DNA of 62,974 nucleotides, counting the filler, from Licmophora abbreviata (taxonomy: Eukaryota): the NCBI GenBank assembly GCA_900291995.1. It is 29 parts of 29 records of this genome, joined end to end, with 100 filler letters (N's around TTAATTAATTAA, not from the genome) between each part and the next. Parts side by side here need not be neighbours in the genome. Positions count along the whole stretch, not along the records: positions 61,377 to 62,974 come from OLMU01005591.1; 28 more parts are not named here. The stretch is one strand, 5' to 3'. The notes below the pieces were generated by a model. That model saw only the letters and a program-made list of their open reading frames with translations, ran no database searches and had not been told where the DNA came from. Of the stretch, positions 61,277 through 62,974 are shown piece after piece. The translations under genes were made by a program, and so were the position numbers. The first letter of the stretch is position 1. Every line of letters starts with the position of its first letter.

Positions 61277-62061
61277 NNNNNNNNNNNNNNNNNNNNNNNN
61301 NNNNNNNNNNNNNNNNNNNNTTAATTAATTAANNNNNNNNNNNNNNNNNNNNNNNNNNNNNNNNNNNNNNNNNNNNTTTTCCTTTTGCATGAGTTTCATG
61401 ACGCTCTGCTCAGTACCTAATAGCTTTTTCGACCTCGTTGGAGCTTTCCATGAGATCACGAATCCAGACTTCGCACACGGACAGGCGGTTTGCGCGGGCA
61501 TTTTCCCGCAGTGTTTTTCGGCACAACTTTTCACCTCGCGCAAACCATGATGGCTTCCATTCGTTCCAAAAACATATCCTCTGATAAAGTGGGTTAAGAG
61601 AAACTCGAGACTGCAGTTTCGTGGAGATCAGACTGATTTCTGGCTCAGAATCGTCGTATTCGTGTCTTCACCGGTTGCATCTTGCTTTCGGAGCTTCGGC
61701 GCGATCACAGACATCGACTTTTTCCATCTTGCGAAAGCTTGTTTCGTTTGTACCGCCATTTTACGTAGAATTGTACGGCAAAACAGTCGCAATGCTGATA
61801 CTTTCGCGGGTGAGCCATTTTTGAAAAGCACGTTCTGACAGCACACACGTCACTTCATGCCGATCTTGACACAATGTTAAATACTGATGGCGTCACTCGT
61901 GAATCGCCATTTTCAATTTACGGGACTGGCACCCTTCTCATTCTGAGTTTCTCTCCTCGCCCCGGAATCGAATCTAGAATCTACTCCGAGTAGTCCTCGA
62001 GTCACTCTCATATTCAATATTCTTCTTTGCCTCGCTCGCTCCCGTTTCAACAGAAGCAACC

Positions 62062-62974
62062 ATGGCATCGGCATTCAACCCTGCCTTGTTTCCGGAGGAC
62101 CCACTTGGAAATACCGATATCAATCCGATGTTCCCCGACGCAGGAATGATTGAGGACAATCAGCAGGAGGAAAATCTCCCTCGATCATGGCACCCTTCAC
62201 CAGAGAGATCAGATGACGAAGAAACGGAAGACGAAGAAGTAAAACTAAATTGTATGGGCGGAATCCATGCGTACGAAGAATCCGACATGAGCAGTGAGGA
62301 AGAAGATAGCGACGATGCCGACAGATCGGTCGAAGACGGAGAATCCCCTGTCGAAAAGATCATGAAAAGGTATGTGTTATATCTTTTATCTACACCAGGG
62401 CATGTGACAAACCTCGCTAAGCATTGCTCTGTCGGTTGCCCAAATGCTTTTAGATCGGATGTTGGCGTAGTTCATTTTGTCGCACGACAAGTCGACTCGC
62501 CCGGATCAAATTCTCAGATAGAGCGCCCAGAACCTATTGCTATGCATCGGGCCCATGATGTAGACTCAGATATGGACGAATCCGATGCGTAAGTGAAATA
62601 AACGATGCTTTTGATAGGTCGAAGTCTATTGCAACACCTTACGTCGTTTTCTTGGTGCCTCGCTGAACCAGGTCTTCCGAGGGAGCACGAGGACTGGGAT
62701 TGTCCTTTGGGACAAATATGACTCATGAAGACGACGAGGGAGAAGACTCCTCCGTGCTGGATACCGAGACTTCGCTCGGCGGTGAGGATGTCAGCGTTCA
62801 GGTTGACACCGACGAGAGCGAGTCTGAACTCGACAGCCAGGAGTCTGGGCATGTTGACAGCGGGGACGATGACCAATCAGATGAGTCCGTCGCCGCATCG
62901 CTGTCGCAGGATGAATTTGACGATTTGGAGACGCCGGCAGAGCTCAAGGAGCTTGAAAGTGCCCTAATCAATTC
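62062..62974 (+). CDS. Highly acidic hypothetical protein, probably multi-exon, running off the window end
   Basis: D/E-rich ORF from ATG 62062; donor-like GTATGT at 62370 and GTAAGT at 62589; a further D/E-rich frame from about 62718 to the end. Confidence 0.5.

Noticed and set aside
2648..61376. Recurrent TTAATTAATTAA palindrome as a biological repeat or CRISPR-like array
   Set aside because: Always flanked by 44 N on each side; a six-frame-stop scaffolding linker. ORFs containing X runs or ending LIN/N have artificial ends.

Overview
This window is eukaryotic nuclear DNA, most consistent with a compact diatom or other stramenopile genome. The evidence is short GT-AG introns of about 85-125 bp, proteins with bipartite plastid-type presequences, a diatom-style BTB protein, a PTS1 signal and a Pol III tRNA. 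It is not one contig: about 29 fragments are joined by 28 artificial 100-bp spacers (N44-TTAATTAATTAA-N44), apparently in genomic order, because genes continue across spacers and two junctions show terminal overlaps. Most genes are housekeeping: HPPK-DHPS, RAD50, acyl-CoA oxidase, TOM70, RsmH, RRP41, poly(A) polymerase, NBAS/Sec39, Josephin, VTA1, ArfGAP, PDR-type ABCG, V-ATPase a, CSE1, a delta-9 desaturase and tRNA-Trp. The most unusual region is 7.2-13.6 kb. It holds a divergent H4-H3 doublet-like histone-fold ORF, a clostridial-type (M3) [FeFe]-hydrogenase with an extra C-terminal SnoaL/NTF2-like domain, and a stand-alone fatty acyl-AMP ligase-ACP didomain ending in a CaaX prenylation motif. 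Other oddities are a P450-fold protein lacking the heme cysteine, an E3BP-like inactive E2, a UBA-fused NBAS and a secreted protein with a bacterial-looking domain. All family assignments come from motif recognition by eye; no searches were run.
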